In this document: piece after piece, positions 10,726 to 24,300 of the stretch
Layout of the letters: each line of letters opens with the position of its first letter
Position numbering within the stretch: the stretch's first letter is position 1
Source: Octopus vulgaris
Lineage: Eukaryota
DNA length: 64,000 nt
NCBI GenBank assembly: GCA_951406725.2
Contig: OX597830.1
Span: 58,714,001-58,778,000, forward strand
Direction: 5' to 3'
Program-made: the position numbers and the translations under genes
The notes under the pieces: generated by a model
The model's database searches: none
What the model saw: the letters and a program-made list of their open reading frames with translations, nothing else
Told to the model about the DNA's origin: nothing

Positions 10726-13700
10726 GCCTGAGAAATGATAGCGAAGTTGCCATTCCTTTGATGTTATTTATAATTATGTCTTTAGACACACAATCTGAGA
10801 AAGACAAAATGTCTTTGAATAATGATTTCTTCCCTTGGGACAGAGTCACAAATTTTAGAGGTGGAATGTAATATATAATCCATAAAATCGATCATTAGTT
10901 AACTGGCATTTTATTTTATCTACCTCTCAAAGATGAACGGCAATATCGATCTCATCGTGATTTGATCGCTCAGAGTAAAGATATGACATTTTATCCCCCT
11001 TCATCATTCGTTATCAGTCATCGAACGTGATCATTCGTTATCAGTCATCGAATGTGATCATTCGTTATCAGTCATCCAACGTGATCATTCGTTATCAGTC
11101 ATCGAACGTGATCATTCGTTATCAGTCATCCAACGTGATCATTCGTTATCAGTCATCCAACGTGATCATTCGTTATCAGTCAGCTAATGTGATCATTCGT
11201 TATCAGTCAGCTAACGTGATCATTCGTTATCAGTCATCGAACGTGATCATTCGTTATCAGTCATCCAACGTGATCATTCGTTATCAGTCATCTAACGTGA
11301 TCATTCGTTATCAGTCATCCAACGTGATCATTCGTTATCAGTCAGCTAACGTGATCATTCGTTATCAGTCATCGAACGTGACCATTCGTTATCAGTCAGC
11401 TAATGTGATCATTCGTTATCAGTCATCTAACGTGATCATTCGTTCTAACGTGATCATTCGTTCAAAGATGAACGGCAATATCGTCGCATCGTGATTTGAT
11501 CGCTCAGAGTAAAGATATGACATTTTATCCCCTTCATCATTCGTTATCAGTCATCGAACATGATCATTCGTTATCAGTCGTCGAATGTGATCATTCGTTA
11601 TCAGTCATCCAACGTGATCATTCGTTATCATTCATCGAACGTGATCATTCGTTATCAGTTATCCATGATCATTCGTTATCAGTCATCCAACGTGATCATT
11701 CGTTATCAGTCAGCTCGATCATTCGTTATCAGTCATCGTGATCATTCGTTATCAGTCATCGAACGTGATCATTCGTTATCAGTCATCTAACGTGATCATT
11801 CGTTATCAGTCATCGAACGTGATCATTTGTTATCAGTCATCCAACGTGATCATTCGTTATCAGTCATCCAACGTGATCATTCGTTATCAGTCATCTAACG
11901 TGATCATTCGTTATCAGTCAGCTAATGTGATCATTCGTTATCAGTCATCCAACGTGATCATTCGTTATCAGTCATCGAACGTGATCATTCGTTATCAGTC
12001 ATCGAACGTGATCATTCGTTATCAGTCATCGAACGTGATCATTCGTTATCAGTCATCCAACGTGATCATTCGTTATCAGTCATCTAACATGATCATTTGT
12101 TATCAGTCATCGAACGTGATCATTCCTTTTCAGTCATCGAACGTGATCATTCGTTTTCAGTCATCCAACGTGATCATTCGTTATCAGTCATCGAACGTGA
12201 TCATTCGTTTTCAGTCATCCAACGTGATCATTCGTTATCAGTCATCGAACGTGATCATTTGTTATCAGTCATCGAACGTGATCATTCGTTATCAGTCATC
12301 GAACGTGATCATTCGTTATCAGTCATCCAACGTGATCATTCGTTATCAGTCATCCAACGTGATCATTCGTTATCAGTCATCTAACGTGATCATTCGTTAT
12401 CAGTCATCTAACGTGATCATTCGTTATCAGTCATCGAACGTGATCATTCGTTATCAGTCATCGAACGTGATCATTCGTTATCAGTCATCGAACGTGATCA
12501 TTCGTTATCAGTCATCCAACGTGATCATTCGTTATCAGTCATCTAACATGATCATTCGTTATCAGTCATCCAACGTGATCATTCGTTATCAGTCATCGAA
12601 CGTGATCATTCGTTATCAGTCATCCAACGTGATCATTCGTTATCAGTCATCGAACGTGATCATTCGTTTTCAGTCATCGAACGTGATCATTCGTTATCAG
12701 TCATCGAACGTGATCATTCGTTATCAGTCATCGAACGTGATCATTCGTTATCAGTCGTCGAACGTGATCATTCGTTATCAGTCATCGAACGTGATCATTC
12801 GTTATCAGTCATCGAACGTGATCATTCGTTATCAGTCATCGAACGTGATCATTCGTTATCAGTCATCCAACGTGATCATTCGTTATCAGTCATCCAACGT
12901 GATCATTCGTTTTCAGTCATCCAACGTGATCATTCGTTATCAGTCATCTAACATGATCATTCGTTATCAGTCATCCAACGTGATCATTCGTTATCAGTCA
13001 TCGAACGTGATCATTCGTTTTCAGTCATCCAACGTGATCATTCGTTATCAGTCATCGAACGTGATCATTCGTTTTCAGTCATCGAACGTGATCATTCGTT
13101 ATCAGTCATCGAACGTGATCATTCGTTATCAGTCATCGAACGTGATCATTCGTTATCAGTCATCGAACGTGATCATTCGTTATCAGTCATCCAACGTGAT
13201 CATTCGTTATCAGTCATCGAACGTGATCATTCGTTATCAGTCATCGAATGTGATCATTCGTTATCAGTCATCGAACGTGATCATTCGTTATCAGGCATCG
13301 AACGTGATCATTCGTTATCAGTCATCTAACGTGATCCTTCGTTATCAGTCATCGAACGTGATTCTTCGTTATCAGTCATCCAACGTGATCCTTCGGTATC
13401 AGTCATCCAACGTGATCCTTCGGTATCAGTCATCCAACGTGATCCTTCGGTATCAGTCATCCAACGTGACAATTCGTTACCAGGCACCCGATGTCCTTGT
13501 TTCATTGAGCTTTCTGTTTTTTTTACAATGGTTCGTGTGTTTGTTTCCCACTTTGCATAATTATACTTTGCCACAATTTTCTTCTTATAGGTAAGCGATT
13601 GTTTTGACGGTTCGGAGCTGTTAGCACTACACTATCCAAATAATAATGCCTCAGTCTTGTTGCCAGAACAATTTTCGGAGCTCAGTCCCGCCATTATACA

Positions 13701-13930
13701 ACAACTTCTTTCTAATTCTTGCCGGAAAAAAGCTGTTAAACCAAGCCATTACAAACGTGAGTAAATCTTCCTTTCAATATAATTAACGACATTTATAGAG
13801 TTTGTTTGAAAATCCCTCCCAGGCCGTCTTTGTCTTTCACCCTTCAGAGGGGCAGGGGTCAATAAAATAAAGTACCAGTTCGACGAGCTCCTTTCACTAA
13901 AATTGCCGAGCTTCTGCCAAAATTGGAAGC

Positions 13931-13993
<63 letters not shown>

Positions 13994-14225
13994 GGCAGAA
14001 ACGTTGGGACGCCGGGCAAAATGCTTCGCGGTATTTTTTTCCGTCTCGACGTTCTGAGTTCAGATTCCGCCGAGGTCGATTTTACCTTTCATCCTTTCGG
14101 GGGTCGATAAGTTAAGTACTAGTCAAGTCCTGGGATTGCTGTGATCGACTATCCCCCTCCCCTCAAATTTCAGGCCTTGTGCTTATAATAGAAAGGGCTA
14201 TTATTATTATTACTACTACTATCAT

Positions 14226-14266
<41 letters not shown>

Positions 14267-15521
14267 AATTTTTTCTTCGTTCAATTTTGTTTCCACTTCT
14301 TGCCGAGTGTCTTCCCGACTCCTAGGGCAAAGAAACTCACAGCATACGTTAACAAGTTATTTAACTAAACACACCAGATTGTGCATTTTCAAGATGAAAT
14401 GAAGTTATCAAAAAAAATGATTTTCTAGAACTTACAATCAAATGTAAAAACAAACGAAATAAAAGCTGATAAATAAGATTAGCTGAAGATAATCCGCATT
14501 TGAGTTCCAACTTCTTTCAAAAATAAAATTTATTTCTATTTGTAGACTATGGCTATGGAATATTAGCTGTTGCGGTAATCTGCTTTTGTTCGCTTTTTGG
14601 AGTATTCATGAAAATATGCAAGAACAAAGTCTATGGTTATACGATGGCGTTTTTCGAAGGACTTGCAGTTGGAACATTGGCCACCGATGCTTTACTCCAT
14701 TTGATTCCTCAAGTTAGTAATTCTTTGATGTTATATTCTTAGCTTCTGTGTCGTGTGATTGTGTATTGTCATCGGTTAGTTTATAAAATTCACTTAAATT
14801 TTCGCAACCTTTATGATAAAGTGAAAGCTCTACTGGGGAGGAAATTACAACAGCTGTACACACACACACAAACGCACGTATACAAACACACATACACACA
14901 ATTACACGCCGCACATACACGAACAAACATACACACTCAATTGTATATTTTGTAGAGTGAGGGTAAACGTAATTGGCTCCATATTGTAACTTGGTACCAT
15001 AAAGAATACAACTTATAGTATTTGGTCGCCAAAGACTGGTTAACACACCAGAAATCCCCGTTTCTCACAAGACAGTTAAAACAAATTGCGATTAATTAGT
15101 GTTTATATAACCCAGTTTATAAGCTTGTCTCAAAGGAAGAAAAACCAGTTAATAATTCTGGACAAGAATTGATTGGCGTGGAGAAAATTGGAAGTAATTT
15201 TCTAAAATGTGAGTTTGTCAACTAATTCCAAGAATGAATTTCTGGTTGCTTTGCGTGGGTTATTGTTTTCATTTGACATTACATCGCAATGAATGAACAA
15301 TGTCATCATTGTATACAGGCTTCCAACCAGTCAACCAACAGCTCACTGTTTTTCAGACTATGTGAGCGACGACGGAGTGCCTGTAATTCGGTGCAGAACA
15401 AATGTTGCAAAGGACATCCTCTGAAAATTTATCGCTATATTTTCCAGTTTTCTTACTGATATACATATGCAGTGAAAGATAGCTTCTTACACACACACAC
15501 ACATATATATATATATGTATA

Positions 15522-15577
<56 letters not shown>

Positions 15578-15593
15578 TATATATATATATATA

Positions 15594-15638
<45 letters not shown>

Positions 15639-15649
15639 GTACATATATA

Positions 15650-15694
<45 letters not shown>

Positions 15695-15705
15695 GTACAT
15701 ATATA

Positions 15706-15762
<57 letters not shown>

Positions 15763-15771
15763 GTACATATA

Positions 15772-15816
<45 letters not shown>

Positions 15817-15817
15817 G

Positions 15818-15891
<74 letters not shown>

Positions 15892-16022
15892 GACACAAAA
15901 CCACTATTAGGCAAATCAAACAATGAAAGACTTAAGCCAATACATATGATTATATGATTATTTTGCTATAAAATTGGATTCAATCCTAAATCTGATTTTT
16001 CCTGTAAGTTTGGATTTATTCC

Positions 16023-16108
<86 letters not shown>

Positions 16109-18347
16109 ATGTTACATTACTCGGTAGTCAAGATAAAACTCTGAGTTTCAGATGCCGAAGTGGAAATCCACAACACCATCTCTTCGGTTATCTGGCTATT
16201 TGAAAACGTTATGAAAAAATACCGTTAAAAATGAAGGGAAATTACTCTGTTATAACTCTGCTTTGCCTGCGTACTTATACATCGCTCGCATTTTTCGTCA
16301 TAAAAATTATATAAAAATACATAAAAATATATAAAAATATATAAAAATATATAAAATCTTCTTGGGACATAACACAGAAAGCATGTTCTATCCGTTTTCT
16401 TTAGGGGACCAAAAACGTAACAGAAATTTAGTCTATCATTGGGCTTCCTATAAGGCTTATAAATATTATTATTAAGATCTAAGGAAACGTCTAAGAAATT
16501 GACAACCGTCAGGTTAGTGTCTATAGTTATACTAAGTCCGAAGTGTCACTTCGGACTTAGTATAACTATAGACACTAACCTGACGGTTGTCAATTTCTTA
16601 GACGTTTCCTTAGATCTTAATAATAATATTTATAAGCCTTATAGGAAGCCCAATGATAGACTAAGTTATATTAATGTAGGTTCATGCCATCCCCCTATAG
16701 TATTCAAAAATTTAGTTAAAAATATTAGTAAGAGGATTTCTAGCCTCTCATCTAATGAGGACATCTTCAATAGCGTTGCCCCAGTTTATAATAAAGCTTT
16801 AAAAGATAGTGGTTTTAGCGAAAAAATAAAATATACACCTATCACCAGCCCAACAGTAAGGAAAAGGAATAATAGAAATAGGAAGGTCATCTGGTTTACG
16901 CCCCCTTACTCACCCGAGGTGGCCTTCAATATAGGTAAATATTTCCTAGCACTGATAGATAGACATTTTCCAGTTAACCATGCTTATAGGAAACTCTTCA
17001 ATAGACACAATTTAAAAATTAGTTTTAGTTCAACTACCAATTTTAAAAACATAATCAATCATAACATACAAAAAACACAAGAAGAAAACAGCTGTTCATG
17101 CAGGAATAAAGAATTGTGCCCGCTAAATGGAGCTTGCATGTCCAAGACCATCATATATGAAGCTACCGTAAACTCTATAACCACTAAAGACACCGTTTCG
17201 ACGAAGAAATACGTGGGCCTGACAGAGGGTAATTTCAAGGCCAGGTTCAATAACCACACTTTGAGCTTTAGGCACTGGAACAAAAGAAAAGCGACACAAT
17301 TATCCAATCATATTTGGTCTTTAAGAGATAAAGGTGTCGATTATAACATACAATGGAAGATTTTGGCCAGATGTAAGCCCTATACTAACGGCAGCGGAAG
17401 GTGCGGTTTATGCGACATGGAGAGATGTCTTATCTGGAAAAGCAGCTTAGACCCTACCACATGTCTAAATACAAGGACAGAGCTTTTCGGATCATGCCCA
17501 CATGTGACTAAATTTCTGTTACGTTTTTGGTCCCCTAAAGAAAACGGATAGAACATGCTTTCTGTGTTATGTCCCAAGAAGATTTTATATATTTTTATAT
17601 ATTTTTATATATTTTTATGTATTTTTATATAATTTTTATGACGAAAAATGCGAGCGATGTATAAGTACGCAGGCAAAGCAGAGTTATAACAGAGTAATTT
17701 CCCTTCATTTTTAACGGTATTTTTTCATAACGTTTTCAAATAGCCAGATAACCGAAGAGATGGTGTTGTGGATTTCCACTTCGGCATCTGAAACTCAGAG
17801 TTTTATCTTGACTACCGAGTAATGTAACATATTGTATAGATAAATTTCCTCTATTTACATAATATTGAGGTCTCTTTCTTTCTTTTGTTATCTTACCGTT
17901 TTATCAATATATATATATATATATATTAATAGTAATAGTATGACAACAAAAGAATGAATGAGACCTCGATATTGTATAATTAGAGGAATTTATCTGTAAT
18001 ATGTGACAATTTATTCAGTTTCCATAAAAACTCCGAGTTTCAGATGTCGGGGCGGAAATCGGCTCCGGCATCTCGTCAGTTATCAAGGTTATCAAAAAAT
18101 GCTTTTTTTACTCAACTTAGGACGAGGCCACGCCAGGTAAATTCACTAACTCTCATGAATGTATATATGTATATGTGTATATATGTCTATGTGTATATAT
18201 GTCTATGTGTATATCTATAGACGGGTACTTGGATGGTGGCCTTATGTATATGTAAATATGTATTTGCATGAATGCCTATGTGCATTTACGAACACACACA
18301 CATACGCACACACACACACACACGCACACACACACAGAGACACACAC

Positions 18348-18378
<31 letters not shown>

Positions 18379-21300
18379 CACACACAGACACACACACAAA
18401 CACACACACAAACACACACACAAACACACACACACACACACACACCTATATAGCTGTGTAAATATATACACATATAAAGTCACTGTATTCAATGTTTCGC
18501 CGAGAACATCACTATACACAATTTTTCGTAACAATCATCATCTTTTATTTTTCACTCTATCTGATCGTTATCCCCTCCCACCCCATTTACAATTGTTGCC
18601 TCTTCCCTTCTCTTGATATCTTACAGTGTTTCCTGTCTGCAAGAAATATGAATAATGACAGAAGCCAAAACAAACCTATTTCCCTTTGAAACTGTAATAT
18701 TCGAACACACATCGTAACAAGTTGAATAATATTGTTGATGTTAAATTTTACGTAATCCTTATTTCGCTCCGTACTTTAGGCTCTTGGAGTCCATAGTCAC
18801 GAAAGCATGGACGCCGATGAAAGTTCTCAACCAAACGCATTATGGTTTTCTTTGGCTACCTTTGCAGGTAAGTTTATACTTTCAGAATCAAAGTAAGAGG
18901 ATTCAGTTTTAAATTTCAGCTGATTTAAATCGAAAGAACACTGTGGAATTCCTTACATTTTAAGAGGGAAAAATCGGCCCCTTTTTTCGTGCAATATTTC
19001 TCTCCGATGTTGTAGGCAAAATATCATAATTACAATCTTAACCGGAGTACGATATACAATTAACTCATTATTAATAATATTGATTGAGATAACTTATTTA
19101 ATCAATGTTCGATTGAAAAAGTGTCGAGCGAATATTAGTGTAAAAAAACATATCAACTCTGATTTAAAATTGTTTGTCTTAAACTTAATGTCTATTACGT
19201 TGGAATCGATAAAAAGTATCTCGTAGTATTCCCTCAGGAGTTGAATCCGTTAATGCCGTGAAGTTCTTAAATATTCATAGCCTAAAATTTTTGCAAAAAA
19301 CCTCCCAAAACCCAATCGCAAATTGAATAAGAGCTATTTTTAGACTAGCCACACACACACACAGTGTGTGTGTGTGTGTGTGTGTTGGATAAATTTTGAC
19401 AATAAATTTCTGCATTTTTAGTTTGTAAAATATTATGTGTAGAATATGTATTGTTTGATTGTCGATTAATTAAAGTTGTTCATTTGCTCAAAACTCAGAA
19501 ATGACAACAGAAAAGTTTAACAAAAACCCCAACAGCACAAACAAAACTACGTCACGGAGTTGTCAATGCAACCCATGTTGTTCAGTGTTCTATCCGTATC
19601 AGTCGTTAAGGAAGATAACTGTTGTCCAATCCGTAGGTATCACGTAAGGCTAGAGATGGGGACGATGATTTCTCTTCGCAAATATTAATCGGATACAGAC
19701 AGTGTGTCGTTAGCCAATTGGAGGAGATGTCCTCCTGGGGCTATAAACAGCATGGTCCCCGATGGGTCTGCCATATTTAGGTAGGAAATATACTTCACGA
19801 TTGCAATGTGATTCAGTTTCAGTGAAAATCGAACAGGCTTCAGAGGCGGTTGTTAAAGAAAACTACCGTTATTTCTCCTTTTTATAGAAACAGGCTTTTT
19901 AAAGCTTCCTGTCTCATTTATGATTAAACACTGTTCTTGATCAAAGATTACTTTACCGAATTCGTTTATGCTTCATTCCTAACTAAAATTTTAATGAATT
20001 CTCCTGAAGGCTTTCATTCTGAAGTTTATATTTTTGACTTAAGTTTATTTTTAAACCAGAAAAGTCAAGACACTACGTGTAAGATGTGCTAAACATCCGA
20101 ACGAAGAGATTAATTCACTCCATCCCTACCATACATAAGATAATCTCAAAGCTTAACGCTTTTAGTGCATCAACGTTATCTCCTCCTCCCAACCACCTAA
20201 GGCAAATAATATTGGAATCCATGACCATTTAGTAATGTCAAGTTGCTTGAAGTTACAAATGTCAACGAAGAACCCTGTGTGTAGTCGTACGAATCGCTAG
20301 AATTAACTTTTAAATATCCATCGACTCACAAAGTAAAGGTTTAAAAAATATACATACTGAATAATATATAGGCTATGTATCAAAACAGTTTGGTCATATT
20401 TGGAACATCTTTGATTAGAGACAGCACTAATTTGCGATTAAGAAGCATTTTTGCACTAACAACATCATTAATAAAGAAGCTGAAAGTGTTTAACTGAAAT
20501 ATTGCCTAAGTAATTAAAGAAATAGTTTGTTTACTTCACTGCAAAGGATGCAAAGGTTCTTCAAAATGTCGTTGCCCATAATTGTCACTAAATCTTTGAA
20601 TTTTATTTTCTAGGTGCCTATGGTTTCTACCTGCTTGAAGTTGGCTTCACGGTTGTAACGAAGGCGAGTAGATATTTGAAAATTTCTTTGTAAACATTGC
20701 TTACATAATAGAGATAGTCTACGACTAATACAGTCTATAAACACACTCATCGGTTGTTTGTCTATTGATTGTCCATTTCTCTTTCTTTCTGAAAACAAGC
20801 TGCGGAAATATTCCTCATCACACCAATCTATAGCTAAAGATTGTTGTAACGAAAAATGTTTTGGGGGCCTGTTTTGAAAAAGAAAGGTAACTGGACAATA
20901 GCCAGACCGGTGAGTGTTGCTGTAGACCTCATTATTTATGACTAGTGGTTCTCAACCGGGATTCATTTAACCCTTGTGGGTCCATGCGAGCAAAATAATA
21001 AATTGGGGCTCCTCAATCAATATGTTAAGGGTCTGTGAAAAAAAAAAAGATTTAGCTGTATTTGTTGCAAGTAACAACAAGGCTTCTTTCTCAACGTGTT
21101 TCCAATCGCTGAAACATGTTCCTTCAGAAAGTTCCATTGCAAACCTACAAAAGTGAACGAGTGAAAGACAAAATAGGAATTTTGAAAGAAGTTTCTATAA
21201 AATCTAATTTTTAGACATTGAATGACTACGAGGATTCACCAGAATAAAATAGTAAGCAAAGGGGTTCTCCATAGGTAAAAAATGGTTGAGAACCTCTGTG

Positions 21301-24300
21301 TTATGGCTTTTCCCAAAGATAACAATTATTGGTTTTAAGACAGGGAGTTTCAGATCAAAATTCTTGCAAATCAAATTCAAAATCGTTTTTGCAATATTCA
21401 ATGAGAACATGTTCAAACTTCTAACGATTTCGCTTGTTCAAATTTCAGGAAAATGGACACTCACATGACCTACAGAAAGATTCGAAGGTAAGAACTCGCG
21501 GTTTAGAGTTGCAGCGCTTGTAATTTTAATTCATTTTCTCGAACAGAACTTGATTATTAGATTATTAGAGAGAACTTCATCATAGCATAAAACAGTTTGG
21601 TAGGGAGCTTTCGATCCAGCAGATGAGAGTCACCTAGAGCCCCTGGAGGGCAAAGGGCACAATTGTGTTACGTAGGAAAACAAGAACAGCTTCATGAAAA
21701 ATGTAGATGTCGTTTGGGAGAAAAGAAAAAGGTTTACTGTCACAAAAGATGTAGTTGATACGATCAGATTCTTTATCCTATTCAAATACAGGTGAAGGCA
21801 TATAACTTATAGTAGTCGGATCACAATCGTAGTGAGTTCGATTCCTGGTTACGCGTTGTGTCCTTGAGCAAGACATTTTATTTCACTTTATTGTTCCATT
21901 TCACTCAGCTGACAAAAATGAGTTGTACCTGTAATTCAATGGGAGGCAACCTTGTCCCATTCTGTGTCACACTCCTGGATCTTCCTGAGATCTACATTAG
22001 GGGTGTGCGTGTCTGTGGAGTGCTCAGCCACTTGCATGTTAATTTCACGGGCAGGCTGTTCCGTTGATCAGATCAGTTGGAACACTCGTCGTCGTAACCG
22101 ACGGAGGGCCAGTTTTTCGGATGCTGGAAGTGGAAATGGCAAGTTGGTTTGTTTTGCTGACTTAGCGGATTAAGGGTTTCTTTTCTAGAAAAGTCTTTGT
22201 GGATATTATAATTCATGAGAATCAGAGTATCATCCAATCGCTAACCCTGTCAGCGGATCCAGTGAAGTACAAAGGGGAACTATTGGATAACTAAAGTAAG
22301 TACTGGTGTACTTAATTTAGTTACTCAATATAAATTCCTCTAGGTGATGCCCCAGCTTGGTCGCAGTGTAATGACTGAAACAAGAAAAAGAAAAAAAAAA
22401 GATAATAGGAACATTAGACATCGCTGAAGTTTATAGTTTACTAGCAGTATCGCCCGGCGTTGCTCGGGTTTGTAAGGGAAATAACTATATAAGCATTTTT
22501 AGAGATGTAAAGTATAATAGCCATCTCAATATGGCTAACCACAAAGGGGGGGTGTTACTGTAGCTTTTTACGTTCTGAGTTTAATAATACATTTTTAGAG
22601 AGTTACTTCCCTTATAAATGCCAAAAATGCATTAAAAATGGGAAAAATGATGGTAATTTTTTTTTAAAATCGTAGACTCATCGTAGACGCGCGCTAATAC
22701 CCAGAAGGGCTCGATATGAATCACAACTATAAGATACCCGCTTTTGGTTAAACTGCACCGCAAAATGTGGGAGTAGTTAGGAATCTAAATCGTAGGAGAC
22801 AGACACCACACAACCTCACTTTTATATATATAGATTAGCAAAACATTTGATTCTACATCGGAAAACAATATATAGAAAGTCTTGACATGATTAATGAAGT
22901 GAAAGCGGCGACGTGGCAGAATCGTTGACACGCCGGACAAAATACTTAGCGGCATTTTGTCCGTCTTAACGTTCTGAGTTCAAATACCTTTCATCATTTC
23001 GAGGGTCGATAAATGAAGTACCAGTTGCATACTGGGGTCGATGCAATCGACTTCCACCTCCCCTCAGAACTAATGGCCTTGTGCCCAAAAGTTGAAACGG
23101 ATTTGAATAATTAATTGAAAATATTTTTTTAACGAAATGTCGTTATTTTAAACTTAGTTTTCTGAAGTCTACAAAATCCCAAGTGAGAAGAACAACTCTT
23201 TGGAAAATCCGAAAAGTATGGCCGAACCGAATATTCCAGAGAGACCAAACAGTATGTATTCCGTTTTTCATCGTTATTTTCATTATCACCCACTCCACGA
23301 CCCGAGACTCTCTACAAAGTCGCTCAAATTACTATTGGGTTGGTGCATAATTATTGCGGCTTTTTTTTTTTTTTCAACAAATTTTGTTCAACAAAAACAA
23401 TAACAATATTTAACAAAAACATCTTTAAATGACAGTCTGACCGTCTGCCAAGCAAATGGGAAACAGTAATTGAAGTAGATGGTGAATATGCTCCGGAATA
23501 ATCATTTAAAGATGTTTTTGTTACATGTTGTTACTGCTTTTGTTGGATAAAATTTGTTGAAAAAAAGCCGCAATAATTATGCACCAACCCAATATAAAAC
23601 AGCAGCCAAATCTTCACCCAAATAACGTCATACTGCATTTTTTTTAAAGGAAGGATACTTTGGATAATGTAGTCTTAGCTAAACCTATGCTCGAAAAAAT
23701 GCAAGATTGTCATGGCATTAAAGAATTTGATCATAAATCTAATTCAGGGCTCCTCAAATGGGGTTCGTATGGCCGTTAGGGGTCAATATAAGATAAACTG
23801 GTCATAGTTCTAAAATACACAAAATATTTTAACAATTTTTAATACAATTAATAATAATGTTTAATTATAAGAATATAATTAGATTTTTTAAACATTGAAT
23901 AGGCTATGGTGGTCCACCCAAATAAAATAGGGATCATAGGGGTCCATAAGTGAAAGTAGTTGAAAACGACTGACATAATTGATCCAGGCTGATCCAGGGT
24001 TGGCGGAAATGATTCTAATATTATGTTTATAACAATTAAGCATTATTTGACCAGAATTTCTTTCACCTGGCTGGAGTTGCATCCAAGGATGGACACCAGT
24101 TATGTGAGTCTCACCAGTCTTCGTAATCTCGAGAGTCAACTTCTCTTTTACGGTCACTGGGCTGCTAGAAATAGCAACCAAATATTCATCAGACAATATG
24201 TGCATCTTAAAACCGTACATATTGGTTTATGAAGACGGCTAGGCTATTCCTGAAGCAAAAAAGCAAGGGTCATGGTTTGAATGCATTGCATTATAAACTA

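Larger units (their letters stand above)
16101..17908 (+). mobile_element. Penelope-like retroelement, 5'-truncated, with inverted terminal duplication, in (TA)n
   Basis: RT-thumb + GIY-YIG ORF; 16101-16433 is the reverse complement of 17506-17838; palindrome centred on 16546; (TA)n on both sides. Confidence 0.92.

Noticed and set aside
11027-13594. Long ORFs of (VIIRYQSSN)n including the 618-aa ORF; CRISPR-like regularity
   Set aside because: Product of a 27-bp tandem unit open in one frame, inside an intron; no unique spacers and no cas genes
15353-15957. YIYI, HTHT, CVCV, poly-L/S/E/R ORFs here and throughout
   Set aside because: Microsatellite translations
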